NCBI GenBank assembly: GCA_015064255.1
Contig: SVSP01000008.1
Span: 1,352 to 65,351 of the forward strand
Reading direction: 5' to 3'
Length of the DNA: 64,000 nucleotides
Source: Oscillospiraceae bacterium
Lineage (GTDB): Bacteria; Bacillota; Clostridia; Oscillospirales; CAG-272
The notes under the pieces are model-generated. The model was not told the origin of the DNA and made no database searches. It was given only the letters and a program-made list of their open reading frames with translations. Positions 1-9,479 of the stretch are shown here, piece by piece. The first letter of the stretch is position 1, and every line of letters begins with the position of its first letter. The translations under genes and the position numbers were made by a program.

Positions 1-53
1 TGCATCGTCGTCATACTTCCTTTGAACGAATCTATTGCAACTGTAACTTTCAT
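1..53 (-). CDS. glycerate kinase, N-terminal fragment (gene runs off the window start)
   Basis: Minus-strand ATG at 53-51 follows an AAAGGA RBS. MKVTVAIDSFKGSMTTM resembles the conserved MKIxIAxDSFKGS N-terminus of glycerate kinases. Only 17 codons are visible. Confidence 0.4.
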   Translation of the reverse strand, partial: MKVTVAIDSFKGSMTTM

Positions 54-90
54 AAGTAATTATCCTTTTTGTTATTTTTAAGGTCCTGTA

Positions 91-1050
91 TTAATAAAAT
101 TCCTTTTTCAGACGTCTTTCAAATAAAGCGTCAAGCGCGATCTTCGGCGGAACGTTTTTATACAGCACATCATAAACAGTACGGCATATCGGAAGCTCAA
201 CGTCATATATTTCTTCAAGCTTCATAAGTGCGCATACAGTATAATATCCTTCTGCAAGCCACTCGCATTTCTCGCCTGCTATAAAAGCCTCGCCGAATTT
301 TCTGTTATGGCTGAACTGTGAAAATACTGTTGCCTCGTAGTCACCGAGGTGGCAGAGTCCGTATGCCGAAAGCTCATTTCCGCCCATCGCCTTGATAAGA
401 CGGGAAATCTCTCTTGCTCCGCGTGCCATAAGCGCTCCCTTAAGCGAGGAAAGATTAAGTCCGTCAAGCATTCCCGCCGCGATACCGATAACGTTTTTCG
501 CCGCCGCACCTATTTCATTTCCGATAAGATCATCTCCGTAATAAAGACGTATAATATCACTTGAAAATTCATCTACGAGCTGTTTTTTGACTTCCTCGTT
601 TTTGCTGTCAATAACCATACAGTTTGGTATTCCCGCGTAAAACTCCTGAACGTGTCCCGGTCCTATCCACACCGCAACGCTTCCGTTTTCTCCGACAAAT
701 TCATCGGCGATCTCCGAAAGACGCTTGCCCGTCGATATTTCGATTCCCTTCATACAAAGAACGAACTGCTTATCGGTAATCCCCGCCGCAGAAAGCTCTT
801 CGAAAAGCGCTCTGAGTCCCTGTGAATCCACCGATATTATTATAAGCTCGGACTCTTTGGCATCAGACAGATTTGTAGAAAGGGTCACACCGTTTCCAAG
901 CTCCAAAATATCATTTCTTCTTGTCTTCATAAGTGTTATCATATGACGTGAATTTACGCGTCCGTAAAGAGTAACGTCGTGTCCTACTCTTTCAAGATAC
1001 CACGCGAGAAATGTACCCCAACGACCGCAGCCTATTACTGTAATTTTCAT
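91..1050 (-). CDS. gpsA: NAD(P)H-dependent glycerol-3-phosphate dehydrogenase
   Basis: N-terminal Rossmann motif MKITVIGCGRWGT, GpsA-like core (NEIGAAAKNVIGIAAG) and a GGAGA RBS. Confidence 0.85.
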   Translation of the reverse strand: MKITVIGCGRWGTFLAWYLERVGHDVTLYGRVNSRHMITLMKTRRNDILELGNGVTLSTNLSDAKESELIIISVDSQGLRALFEELSAAGITDKQFVLCMKGIEISTGKRLSEIADEFVGENGSVAVWIGPGHVQEFYAGIPNCMVIDSKNEEVKKQLVDEFSSDIIRLYYGDDLIGNEIGAAAKNVIGIAAGMLDGLNLSSLKGALMARGAREISRLIKAMGGNELSAYGLCHLGDYEATVFSQFSHNRKFGEAFIAGEKCEWLAEGYYTVCALMKLEEIYDVELPICRTVYDVLYKNVPPKIALDALFERRLKKEFY

Positions 1051-1313
1051 AAGATCTCCAATTCTATATAAACTTTATTAACTGAGCTTCATTCAAAAAT
1101 ATATTACATTTTACCATAAAGTGATGCTTTCGTCAAGTGGCTGGGGAAGTTACTGTTTTTAATCCGATTTACGTGCAAAACTCTACGTGATCTGACGACA
1201 AAGCAAAGTATCCAACTCACAGTTGGAAAATATAACGACACCTCTATTGAATCAAAGCTTCATTCGTGTTATAATAAGATCACACCGGTGATAACAAATT
1301 AAAGGAGATACGT

Positions 1314-2177
1314 ATGGAACTCAAAATAGGAGAAAAAATCGCAGTTTACAGAAAAAACAAGGGTTACACGCAGGAACAGCTCGGAGAGCTTGTAGGCGTT
1401 TCCGGTCAGGCTGTTTCCAAATGGGAGAACGGCGGTGTTCCCGACACTTATCTGCTACCGCGCATATCAAGCGTGCTTGGTGTGTCTATCGATGCACTGT
1501 TTGGCACCGAAAAGAAAATATCCGAATACACCGATGACGAAATGCTCGACAAGTTATTTCATTTTTGCCTGCAAAAAAACTACACTAAGGGTGCTTTTGA
1601 TATCTTTCACTTCATATTTGAAACGGTATGGACTTTGCAAAGTGCGTATTTCGGAAACGAGACGCGTACCGCGCTTGACGACATAATCGAAAAAAATATC
1701 GGAAACTCACAGATAACTTCACAGATAATCAACGACGAGGGCACGACATATCTGAGCCTTGTGAAGGATTTCCCCTTTCTCTGTGCCGTTTTTGACACGC
1801 CCGAAATCTCAAAAAAGATTCTGTCCGAGGAACGCTTCGGTGAATTTTTCTCTTTGCTTTCATCCGAAGACGGACTCAAAGCGGTCATTTTTACGCAAAG
1901 TGCCACCGACTCAAGCCAATATACAGGCGAAATGATGGCAAAAAAGATAGGTATGACATTTGAACGCTTCCTCGAAATCGAGCCGTTACTTGTGAAATAC
2001 GGACTACTGAGCGAAGACAGCTTAACGCTGAACGACAATGTTATCAAAGTATATCGCAAGTGGAGCAATCCGGAGATACGCCCGCTTCTCATAATGGCGT
2101 ATCAGTTTATAAATGCAAGACAATGCTATTACAATTTTTCGTGCAACAGAACAAAGCCGTATTTTGAATACCGATAA
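1314..2177 (+). CDS. XRE-family HTH transcriptional regulator with an uncharacterised C-terminal domain
   Basis: N-terminus YTQEQLGELVGVSGQAVSKWENGG is a typical Cro/C1 HTH. AAAGGAG RBS. Confidence 0.75.
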   Translation: MELKIGEKIAVYRKNKGYTQEQLGELVGVSGQAVSKWENGGVPDTYLLPRISSVLGVSIDALFGTEKKISEYTDDEMLDKLFHFCLQKNYTKGAFDIFHFIFETVWTLQSAYFGNETRTALDDIIEKNIGNSQITSQIINDEGTTYLSLVKDFPFLCAVFDTPEISKKILSEERFGEFFSLLSSEDGLKAVIFTQSATDSSQYTGEMMAKKIGMTFERFLEIEPLLVKYGLLSEDSLTLNDNVIKVYRKWSNPEIRPLLIMAYQFINARQCYYNFSCNRTKPYFEYR

Positions 2178-2181
2178 AAGC

Positions 2182-2219
2182 ACCGACGGGAGTGAACACA
2201 GTAGTTCACTCCCGTCGGT
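2182..2219. terminator. bidirectional hairpin terminator between convergent genes
   Basis: A perfect 16-bp stem (ACCGACGGGAGTGAAC / GTTCACTCCCGTCGGT) with a 6-nt loop. Confidence 0.6.
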
Positions 2220-2233
2220 CGGTTATTTGAATT

Positions 2234-3001
2234 TTAATAGTTATTCGGATACTCTTCCAGCACCTTGATCATTATATGGCTCAGTACAGTTTCACCCGCT
2301 TCGTCTTCAACGAAATAGAACACCATAGTTCTCGTAACGTCGTCGGGTGTTTCATCATTTAACATAATCTGAGTTTTTTCGGTATATGTGATCTGATAAC
2401 GGCGGTCCGACGCTTCCCAATAAATGTTGTCTAGCTTCTTAAACACGAGCGTTGCATCTTCGTTTGAGGATACTACTATCTCTTCATCGAAATCGATCTC
2501 GCTAAGCATCTCCTCATCGATACCGAAACTTTCCCAATAGGCTTTCATAGGCTTCCCTATCCTCACGCCATACGGAAAAAACATATTGTCAAGGTTTACG
2601 CTTATTGTACAGGTGTTGTAATAAGTAGCAATTTTTGTTTCGGGCGACCACCTGTAGTCGTTATGAAACGATATACCCTCATAGTTTCCCTCGCATCCTC
2701 CACCGTAAGCGCCGTCGTAATACGTCATACCACTTTCGGTTTCGCCGTAGAAAACTCCGTTATACTCATACGCGGCAAGAATTGATACAAATGTGCCCTG
2801 CGACATACGGGCAACGAAGCCTTCGGTATCAAGCCAGAGCTTAATATCGGTGAGAGCATCTCCCGTTTCTTCGTATTTCGGATCATAATTATCCCTTTCT
2901 GTTTCGTCGGGGTCTTCACCTGCCTTACATCCGCAGAAAGCAATCAGCAACATAATTATCACCAAAGTCACGATAGTAAGTTTTTTCATAAGCTTTTTCA
3001 T
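2234..3001 (-). CDS. hypothetical lipoprotein
   Basis: Signal peptide with lipobox (LLIAFCGC) and an AAAGGAGG RBS. No recognisable catalytic motif. Confidence 0.6.
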   Translation of the reverse strand: MKKLMKKLTIVTLVIIMLLIAFCGCKAGEDPDETERDNYDPKYEETGDALTDIKLWLDTEGFVARMSQGTFVSILAAYEYNGVFYGETESGMTYYDGAYGGGCEGNYEGISFHNDYRWSPETKIATYYNTCTISVNLDNMFFPYGVRIGKPMKAYWESFGIDEEMLSEIDFDEEIVVSSNEDATLVFKKLDNIYWEASDRRYQITYTEKTQIMLNDETPDDVTRTMVFYFVEDEAGETVLSHIMIKVLEEYPNNY

Positions 3002-3147
3002 TTCAGTACCTCCTTTGTGTTTAAAAGAAACTATGTTTTATCTTTCATACATATAGACGTCTTTTTTCGGATTTTGCTACCGTCATTTTTATCAGTTTAC
3101 AAAAAATTCACATTTTAAAAGTACAAAAAGAAAAAAATCCAAAAAAA

Positions 3148-4989
3148 TCACTCAACCGTCACAGATTTTGCTAGATTCCGAGGACAATCGACGTCACAGC
3201 CTTTAAGAACAGCGGCTCTGTACGCGATCATCTGAAGAAGAGTTGCCACGGCTATCGGGAGAAACTCCCCGCTTTCCGAGGGAAGCGAGAGCATTTTATC
3301 CGACACATCGGATATTTCTCTGTCAGGAGTTGAAAGTGATATGATATACGCTCCTCGTGATGCAAGCTCGCGGATATTGCCCACTATCTTTTGTCTGACG
3401 TTTTTATCGGTAGAAACAACAATGACAGGCGTTCCGTTTTCTATAAGAGAAATAGTTCCGTGCTTCATCTCGCCCGCCGCATACGCTTCGCTGTGAATAT
3501 AAGAAACCTCTTTTATTTTAAGCGATGCTTCTACCGCAGCGAAGTAATCTATCCCGCGTCCGACGCAGAAAAGATCTTTTTTATCGGCAAAATACTGTGC
3601 AGCACTATATATTTCATCTCTCATATCAAGTATATACTTAATATCTGAAGGCAGGTCGTGTAAAAGCTTACCCGTGAGTGCTTTTACTTCACTTTCTGTC
3701 AAAATTTTCTTCTCAAGCGACATCGCAAGTGCGAGAAGAGACATCAGCGCAGACTGAACTACGTAAGCCTTTGTACTTGCAACCGCAATTTCGGGTCCTG
3801 CCCAAGTATAGATAACGGCATCCGATTCGCGTGCTATCGTCGAGCCTACAACGTTCACGACCGATGTGACAAACGCGCCCTTATTTTTCGCAAGCCGAAG
3901 TGCCGCAAGAGTGTCTGCAGTTTCTCCCGACTGCGAAATTACTATGACCGCATCATTTTCATCGATTATCATATCCGAATATCTCATTTCGGATGCGATC
4001 TCAACGTTTACGGGGATTCTCGCATATTTTTCTATGAAATACTTTGCGATAAATCCTGCGTGCATCGCAGTTCCGCAAGCCGTGATTATTATTCTTTTTG
4101 AAGATGCAAGACGCTTTACGTCGATATTTTCGCCCTCAAAATTCGGAAGAAGGTCGGACGATATACGCGGAGCGAGTGTTTTTGCAAGCGCATCGGGCTC
4201 TTCGTATATTTCTTTTATCATAAAGTGGGGATAACCGCCTTTTTTTGCCGAATCAACGTCCCAAAGTGCGGTTTCTGTCTGCTTTTCACAAGCGTTTCCA
4301 TATTCATCGAAGACAGTTACGTTTTTACCCGACAGCCGTGCGATCTCGTTTTCCCCAAGGCGTATGTATTTCCTCGTATAAGGAAGAATTGCCGTAATAT
4401 CGGACGCAATAAAGCTTTCGCTTTCTCCGAGACCTATTATAAGAGGATTATCACGGCGCATAGCATATATCTCACCTGCTCTATCGCTGAAAACAGCACC
4501 TATTGCATATGAGCCTTCAAGCTGACTTCGCGCTTTCGCGAGCGCTTTTAAAGGATCGTTACCCTGTTTTTTATAAGAAAAGTCGATCAAAAGCGAAGCA
4601 ACTTCCGTATCGGTTTCCGATTTAAAGCTATATCCTTCGCGAGAAAGCATCACGGAAAGCTCTCTGTAATTTTCTATTATCCCGTTATGGACTATCTGTA
4701 CCCTATCGTTTCCGTGAGGGTGCGCATTTCGCTCGGTCGGCTCTCCGTGAGTCGCCCAACGTGTATGACCTATTCCGCAGAAAGAGATTTTTTCGCTGTC
4801 GGGTATAGTATCAAGCTTATCCTCGAGATTTTTTATCTTTCCCGATGCTTTGACCGTTAATATGTCCGAGTCAGCGTTAAAAAAGGCTATCCCCGCCGAA
4901 TCGTATCCGCGATATTCAAGCGCACGAAGTCCTCCTCTCAACACATCAAGTGCGGGAAAAGCTCCTGTGCATCCTATTATTCCACACAT
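3148..4989 (-). CDS. glmS: glutamine--fructose-6-phosphate aminotransferase (isomerizing)
   Basis: Starts MCGIIG (Ntn amidotransferase Cys2), has two SIS domains and ends in the typical ...KSVTVE. Confidence 0.95.
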   Translation of the reverse strand: MCGIIGCTGAFPALDVLRGGLRALEYRGYDSAGIAFFNADSDILTVKASGKIKNLEDKLDTIPDSEKISFCGIGHTRWATHGEPTERNAHPHGNDRVQIVHNGIIENYRELSVMLSREGYSFKSETDTEVASLLIDFSYKKQGNDPLKALAKARSQLEGSYAIGAVFSDRAGEIYAMRRDNPLIIGLGESESFIASDITAILPYTRKYIRLGENEIARLSGKNVTVFDEYGNACEKQTETALWDVDSAKKGGYPHFMIKEIYEEPDALAKTLAPRISSDLLPNFEGENIDVKRLASSKRIIITACGTAMHAGFIAKYFIEKYARIPVNVEIASEMRYSDMIIDENDAVIVISQSGETADTLAALRLAKNKGAFVTSVVNVVGSTIARESDAVIYTWAGPEIAVASTKAYVVQSALMSLLALAMSLEKKILTESEVKALTGKLLHDLPSDIKYILDMRDEIYSAAQYFADKKDLFCVGRGIDYFAAVEASLKIKEVSYIHSEAYAAGEMKHGTISLIENGTPVIVVSTDKNVRQKIVGNIRELASRGAYIISLSTPDREISDVSDKMLSLPSESGEFLPIAVATLLQMIAYRAAVLKGCDVDCPRNLAKSVTVE

Positions 4990-5149
4990 TTATACTGTAT
5001 CTTGATATCGTCTTACATTTGTAAGTGGATTTTTTTACCATTTACAAATTGATCTTATTCAGTTGAAGATCGACCGCAAGACAATATCTTTTCCTTTCAT
5101 TTTAATTAAATTAAGTGAAAATTATAAAATATATTATTCTGCAATCGAT

Positions 5150-5293
5150 AAAATTCCGTCACAGGCCCTTTGTCACACGGTTACCCCTGATTTTACTGCC
5201 TGTGTACGCGCCGGAAAACGCGGGAAGACATCCGCCGAAAATCTCGATACTTCTTCCACCTCGTTAACCGCCGTCGCAGCGGTCTGGCGCTTA
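5150..5293 (-). ncRNA. glmS ribozyme/riboswitch (GlcN6P-dependent self-cleaving)
   Basis: The reverse complement reads AGCGCCAGACCGCUGCGACGGCGGUUAACGAGGUGGAAGAAGUAUCGAGAUUUUCGGCGGAUGUCUUCCCGCG..., matching conserved glmS ribozyme core segments. It lies in the 5' UTR of glmS. The 3' boundary is approximate. Confidence 0.85.
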
Positions 5294-5319
5294 TTTTGAA
5301 CGTCCCAAGCTACGTTTTT

Positions 5320-6684
5320 TTACAGAGCGTAGCCTCTTGACACAACAGTTTCGATGATCTCATCTACAAACAAATTGCACTTGTCTTCATCGTCTGCCTC
5401 TACCATCACGCGGATAAGTGGTTCTGTTCCGCTTTTGCGTACAAGCACGCGTCCGTTGCTTCCAAGCTTTTCTTCGACGTCTTTGATCTTTGCTTTGACA
5501 GCATCGTCGTTTACTGCAGCGCTAAGATCGTTTACTCTGATATTTTTGAGTACCTGTGGATATACGGTAAATCCTTCCGAAAGCTTACTTGCAGGAACTT
5601 TGCTCTCAAGCAAGGTTTCCATAAGCATAATTGACGTGAGGATTCCGTCGCCCGTCGTCGCATATTTGCTCATTATGATATGTCCGCTTTGTTCACCGCC
5701 GAGTCTGTATCCCATTTCGAGCATACATTCATATACGTACTTATCTCCAACCGCAGTCTTTTCGTAAGAAATTCCGAGCTTATCAAACGCCTTATACAGA
5801 CCGAGATTCGACATAACCGTCGTAACTACGGTATCGCCTGCAAGCTTACCCGCATCTGCAAAGCTCTTACCGAGTATGTAAAGAATATGGTCGCCCGTTA
5901 TAACGTTTCCCTTTTCATCAACGGCTATACAACGGTCCGCATCTCCGTCGTATGCAAATCCGATGTCAAGCTCGTTCTCAACAACTACGTTTCTTAGCAC
6001 GTCGATATGTGTTGAGCCTGCGTTTACGTTGATATTCGTTCCGCTTGGATCTGCGTTGATAACAAAGGTCTTTGCGCCGAGAGCCTCGAAGACGTTCTTT
6101 GCTATCATCCAGGAGCTTCCGTTTGCACAGTCAAGACCTACGTTCACCGTACGGTAGGAATGTGAAGCAAGCGAGATAAGATAACCTACGTAGCGGTTTC
6201 TGCCTGCCATATAGTCAACTATCTTTCCGATCGCCTTATCCTTTGCGAAAGGCAATTCTCCGTTTTCTCCGAGATCGCCCGCATCTCCGTCAAGATATGC
6301 TTCAAGAAGGTCGATAACCTCGTCTTCCATCTTTTCACCGCGTGCATTTATCAGCTTTATGCCGTTATCGTTATACGGGTTATGACTTGCCGAGATCATT
6401 ATTCCGAGGTCAAATTCATCGACTCTCGTAACGTAAGAAACACCCGGAGTCGTAATAACGTGAAGCATATAAACGTCTGCACCCGACGCTGTAAGTCCAG
6501 CAACTATCGAATATTCAAACATATAGCTTGAACGACGCGGATCTTTTCCGACTACGGCACGGCATTTCTTTCCGTCTTTACCGAAGTATCTGCCGAGAAA
6601 TCTGCCTATTTTATAAGCGTGGTCGGCAGTAAGAGTAACGTTTGCCTCTCCTCTGAAGCCGTCCGTACCGAAATATTTTCCCAT
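5320..6684 (-). CDS. glmM: phosphoglucosamine mutase
   Basis: MGKYFGTDGFRG N-terminus and the phosphoserine loop SASHNPYNDNGIK. Confidence 0.95.
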   Translation of the reverse strand: MGKYFGTDGFRGEANVTLTADHAYKIGRFLGRYFGKDGKKCRAVVGKDPRRSSYMFEYSIVAGLTASGADVYMLHVITTPGVSYVTRVDEFDLGIMISASHNPYNDNGIKLINARGEKMEDEVIDLLEAYLDGDAGDLGENGELPFAKDKAIGKIVDYMAGRNRYVGYLISLASHSYRTVNVGLDCANGSSWMIAKNVFEALGAKTFVINADPSGTNINVNAGSTHIDVLRNVVVENELDIGFAYDGDADRCIAVDEKGNVITGDHILYILGKSFADAGKLAGDTVVTTVMSNLGLYKAFDKLGISYEKTAVGDKYVYECMLEMGYRLGGEQSGHIIMSKYATTGDGILTSIMLMETLLESKVPASKLSEGFTVYPQVLKNIRVNDLSAAVNDDAVKAKIKDVEEKLGSNGRVLVRKSGTEPLIRVMVEADDEDKCNLFVDEIIETVVSRGYAL

Positions 6685-6698
6685 TTGGTTTTCTCCTT

Positions 6699-7397
6699 TT
6701 AGTTATTTTCTGCTTTTCGGTGTACTGTTTCACCGTTTGATTTTACAATGCTGTCCTCATACACGATGCCGCGCACTCCCGTAAGCGGATACACAAGACA
6801 TCTTCTCCCGATGACAGTTCCGGGATATAGCACACTGTTGCATCCTACTTCGGAATAATCCCCGAGTATAACTCCCATTTTGCGAAGTCCGGTTGGGATT
6901 TTATTATCCCCAAGTCCTACGTTTACCGCCTTCTTGTCAAGACGGAAATTTGATGCAACAGCACCGGCGCCCATATGCGATTTATAACCGAGTATCGAGT
7001 CGCCTACGTAATTATAGTGCGGCACCTGAACACCGTCCGAAATTATCGCATTCTTAAGCTCACACGAATTTCCGATGACCGCGCCTTCGCCGACAAGAAC
7101 ACTTCCCCGTATGTATGCACAGTGTCTGATCTCTGCATTCTCGCCGATTATCGTCGGTCCGTTTATAAGTGCGCTCGGCGCTATTGATGCGCTTTTTGCC
7201 GCCCATACGTCTTCGGAAAGCTGAATATATTTATCCTTATCGAGATTTTCCATAAGATATCTTATACATTCTCCGATCTTCGGCAGGGCTTCCCACGGAT
7301 ATTCGCACTTTGAGAGCATATCCGAGGCAAGAGTATGGCTGAAGTCTATAAGCTCACACGTTTTCGGACACAGCATTTCTTTTTCTTTGCTTGCCAT
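6699..7397 (-). CDS. left-handed beta-helix (hexapeptide-repeat) acyltransferase, GlmU C-terminal-like, lacking a nucleotidyltransferase domain
   Basis: Hexapeptide repeats ([LIV]-G-x-x-x-x), e.g. IGENAEIRHCAYIRGSVLVGEGAVIGNSCELKNAII. It sits directly upstream of glmM on the same strand. Confidence 0.65.
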   Translation of the reverse strand: MASKEKEMLCPKTCELIDFSHTLASDMLSKCEYPWEALPKIGECIRYLMENLDKDKYIQLSEDVWAAKSASIAPSALINGPTIIGENAEIRHCAYIRGSVLVGEGAVIGNSCELKNAIISDGVQVPHYNYVGDSILGYKSHMGAGAVASNFRLDKKAVNVGLGDNKIPTGLRKMGVILGDYSEVGCNSVLYPGTVIGRRCLVYPLTGVRGIVYEDSIVKSNGETVHRKAENN

Positions 7398-7567
7398 TAA
7401 AATTCTCCTTTCTTTCTTATTTTCAGCTTTACACAGCTATCTCTATTATAGCCGAAAAATGGTTTTTTGTCAACCGATTTGCATATCGCTCAAAACAAAT
7501 TATTATGACTTTATCTATTAACAATCGGTAAAAAAAGAGCTTTTTTAAAGTATTTTACCGTCTGTAC

Positions 7568-7596
7568 TTGATTTTGACACAGATGTATGTTAGAAT
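7568..7596 (+). promoter_or_regulatory. sigma-A-type promoter (TTGATT-N17-TGtTAGAAT)
   Basis: -35 at 7568-7573, 17-nt spacer, extended -10 at 7588-7596, about 70 nt upstream of the 7668 CDS. Confidence 0.45.
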
Positions 7597-7667
7597 AGTA
7601 AAGATTATGATTTTAACATAAGTGTTACCTATTATTTATACGGAAAACGGAAGGATTTATTTACAAA

Positions 7668-8240
7668 ATGAAAAAGATTTTATGTTTTGCTCTCATACTT
7701 GTTACTGTTTTGTCTTTTACAGCTTGCTCGCGTGAAGCAGGCGAAGCTCCCGTCGGAATGAAAAACGCCGCAGGAAAAGCAAATGACTTTTATCTCTACG
7801 TTCCCGAAGACTGGATCGTAAACACGACCGACAGAGATCTTATGGCATCCGCGCGCGTTTCGGAAAACGATTCGAGTAACGTTACAATGATCGGCTACTC
7901 AGACTCCGAAAACGAGTACGACAGCATTGACAGCTACTGGGAATATTACTCGAAAGAACTCGAAAACAGAGTATTCGACAGAGCGACCGACAGCGAAACG
8001 GGTGAAGAAAAATCGAGCTTTACACTCACGAATGAAGGCGAAAACATTCTCGTAAACGAAAAAGCCGCAAAGAAATACGAATACAGCGGCAAGGTTGCAG
8101 GCCTTGACCTCTCTTATATGCAGATAATTATCAAGAGAGAAAACGTATTTTATATTTTCACATACACCTCAACTCCCGACCTTTATTCCAGACACGACAC
8201 AGAGCTTGAGATGATACTTAATTTCTTTGAGTTCAAATAA
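7668..8240 (+). CDS. hypothetical lipoprotein
   Basis: Signal peptide with lipobox (LSFTACS). No recognisable family. Confidence 0.55.
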   Translation: MKKILCFALILVTVLSFTACSREAGEAPVGMKNAAGKANDFYLYVPEDWIVNTTDRDLMASARVSENDSSNVTMIGYSDSENEYDSIDSYWEYYSKELENRVFDRATDSETGEEKSSFTLTNEGENILVNEKAAKKYEYSGKVAGLDLSYMQIIIKRENVFYIFTYTSTPDLYSRHDTELEMILNFFEFK

Positions 8241-8261
8241 TCCCGAAAGGAAATATCCGCA

Positions 8262-9425
8262 TTGGAACGCGAAATATATCTCGACAACAGCGCAACAACT
8301 CCGCTATGCGACGCGGCACTTGAAGCGATAAATACAGCTATTAAAAACTACGCGAATCCTTCGTCCCTTCACGCGCTCGGTCTTGAAGCCCACAAGCTTA
8401 TAGACACAGCTCGAAGCCGCCTGCTTTGTGCACTCGGGCTGTCTGCCGACCGCACGCGCCGTGTAATTTTCACATCGGGCGGAAGCGAGGCAAATAATCT
8501 CGCGGTTTTCGGAGTAATGCGCGCAAAGAATTTCAAGTTTTTGCCGCAGATAATAACTACCGACAGCGAGCATCCTTCCCTGCTTGAGCCGATAACATCG
8601 CTTGAAAAGGACGGACTTGCCCAGGTCATAAAGCTCCCCACCTTCGGCGGTAAGATAGATATTTCTTACCTATCTTCTATTGTATGCGAGCGCACCGTTT
8701 TGGTGTCAATAATGAGCGTAAATAATGAAACAGGCGCGATTTACGACATAAAAAACGCATTTGACACGGTAAAACGCATAAATCCGTCTGCCGTCACGCA
8801 CACAGACGCAGTTCAGGCTTTTCTTAAAACAAACGTAAACTTCCGCGCGCTCAAGGCTGACCTCATAACTGTCAGCGGACACAAGATAAACGCACCCAAG
8901 GGTGTCGGCGCGCTTATCGTTTCGGGCGATATAATAAAAGCCAAAAAGCTCGTACCCATTATCCTCGGCGGCGGTCAGGAAGGCAACTTCAGATCGGGAA
9001 CAGAGAATGTCCTCGGGATTTCCGCGCTCGGTGCGGCGGCGCAGTACAACAAGGAAAAGCTTTCCGCTTTCATTGAGAGAACAAACGAGCTTTCCGAGCT
9101 TCTTATATCTCTTCTTCCCGATTCGGTGAGAGTAAACCGCCCCGAAGCACACGCGCCTCACATAGTGAGCATTACTCTTCCCGCGATAAAGAGCGAAACC
9201 GCGCTTCATTTTCTCTCGGGCAAAGGGATATACGTATCAAGCGGCTCGGCTTGTGCTTCAAACGGACGCCACAAGAGCCACGTGCTTGTCGCATACGGAC
9301 TTTCCGCTCTCGACACCGACTGCACGCTCCGTATAAGTCTTTCGGATAAGGTAAGCGAAGACGATATCCGCTACACAGCCGAAATGATTGGCGAGGCGGT
9401 ACGGACGCTTGTTAAGATTGGGTGA
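8262..9425 (+). CDS. cysteine desulfurase (NifS/IscS-like class V aminotransferase)
   Basis: IYLDNSATTP N-terminus, SGHKINAPKGVG (PLP lysine) and SSGSACAS (active-site Cys loop). TTG start. Confidence 0.85.
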   Translation: MEREIYLDNSATTPLCDAALEAINTAIKNYANPSSLHALGLEAHKLIDTARSRLLCALGLSADRTRRVIFTSGGSEANNLAVFGVMRAKNFKFLPQIITTDSEHPSLLEPITSLEKDGLAQVIKLPTFGGKIDISYLSSIVCERTVLVSIMSVNNETGAIYDIKNAFDTVKRINPSAVTHTDAVQAFLKTNVNFRALKADLITVSGHKINAPKGVGALIVSGDIIKAKKLVPIILGGGQEGNFRSGTENVLGISALGAAAQYNKEKLSAFIERTNELSELLISLLPDSVRVNRPEAHAPHIVSITLPAIKSETALHFLSGKGIYVSSGSACASNGRHKSHVLVAYGLSALDTDCTLRISLSDKVSEDDIRYTAEMIGEAVRTLVKIG

Positions 9426-9443
9426 AATTTATTAGTAAACAAA

Positions 9444-9479
9444 CCCCGACAGATTTTAAGGTCTGTCGGGGATGTTTTT
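9444..9479. terminator. hairpin terminator (CCCCGACAGA/TCTGTCGGGG family)
   Basis: A 10-bp stem followed by ATGTTTTT, between convergent genes. Confidence 0.7.

Noticed and set aside
5063-5299. A 78-aa + strand ORF in the glmM-glmS intergenic region.
   Set aside because: It overlaps the glmS ribozyme on the opposite strand and has no RBS. The ribozyme explains the conservation-like structure.
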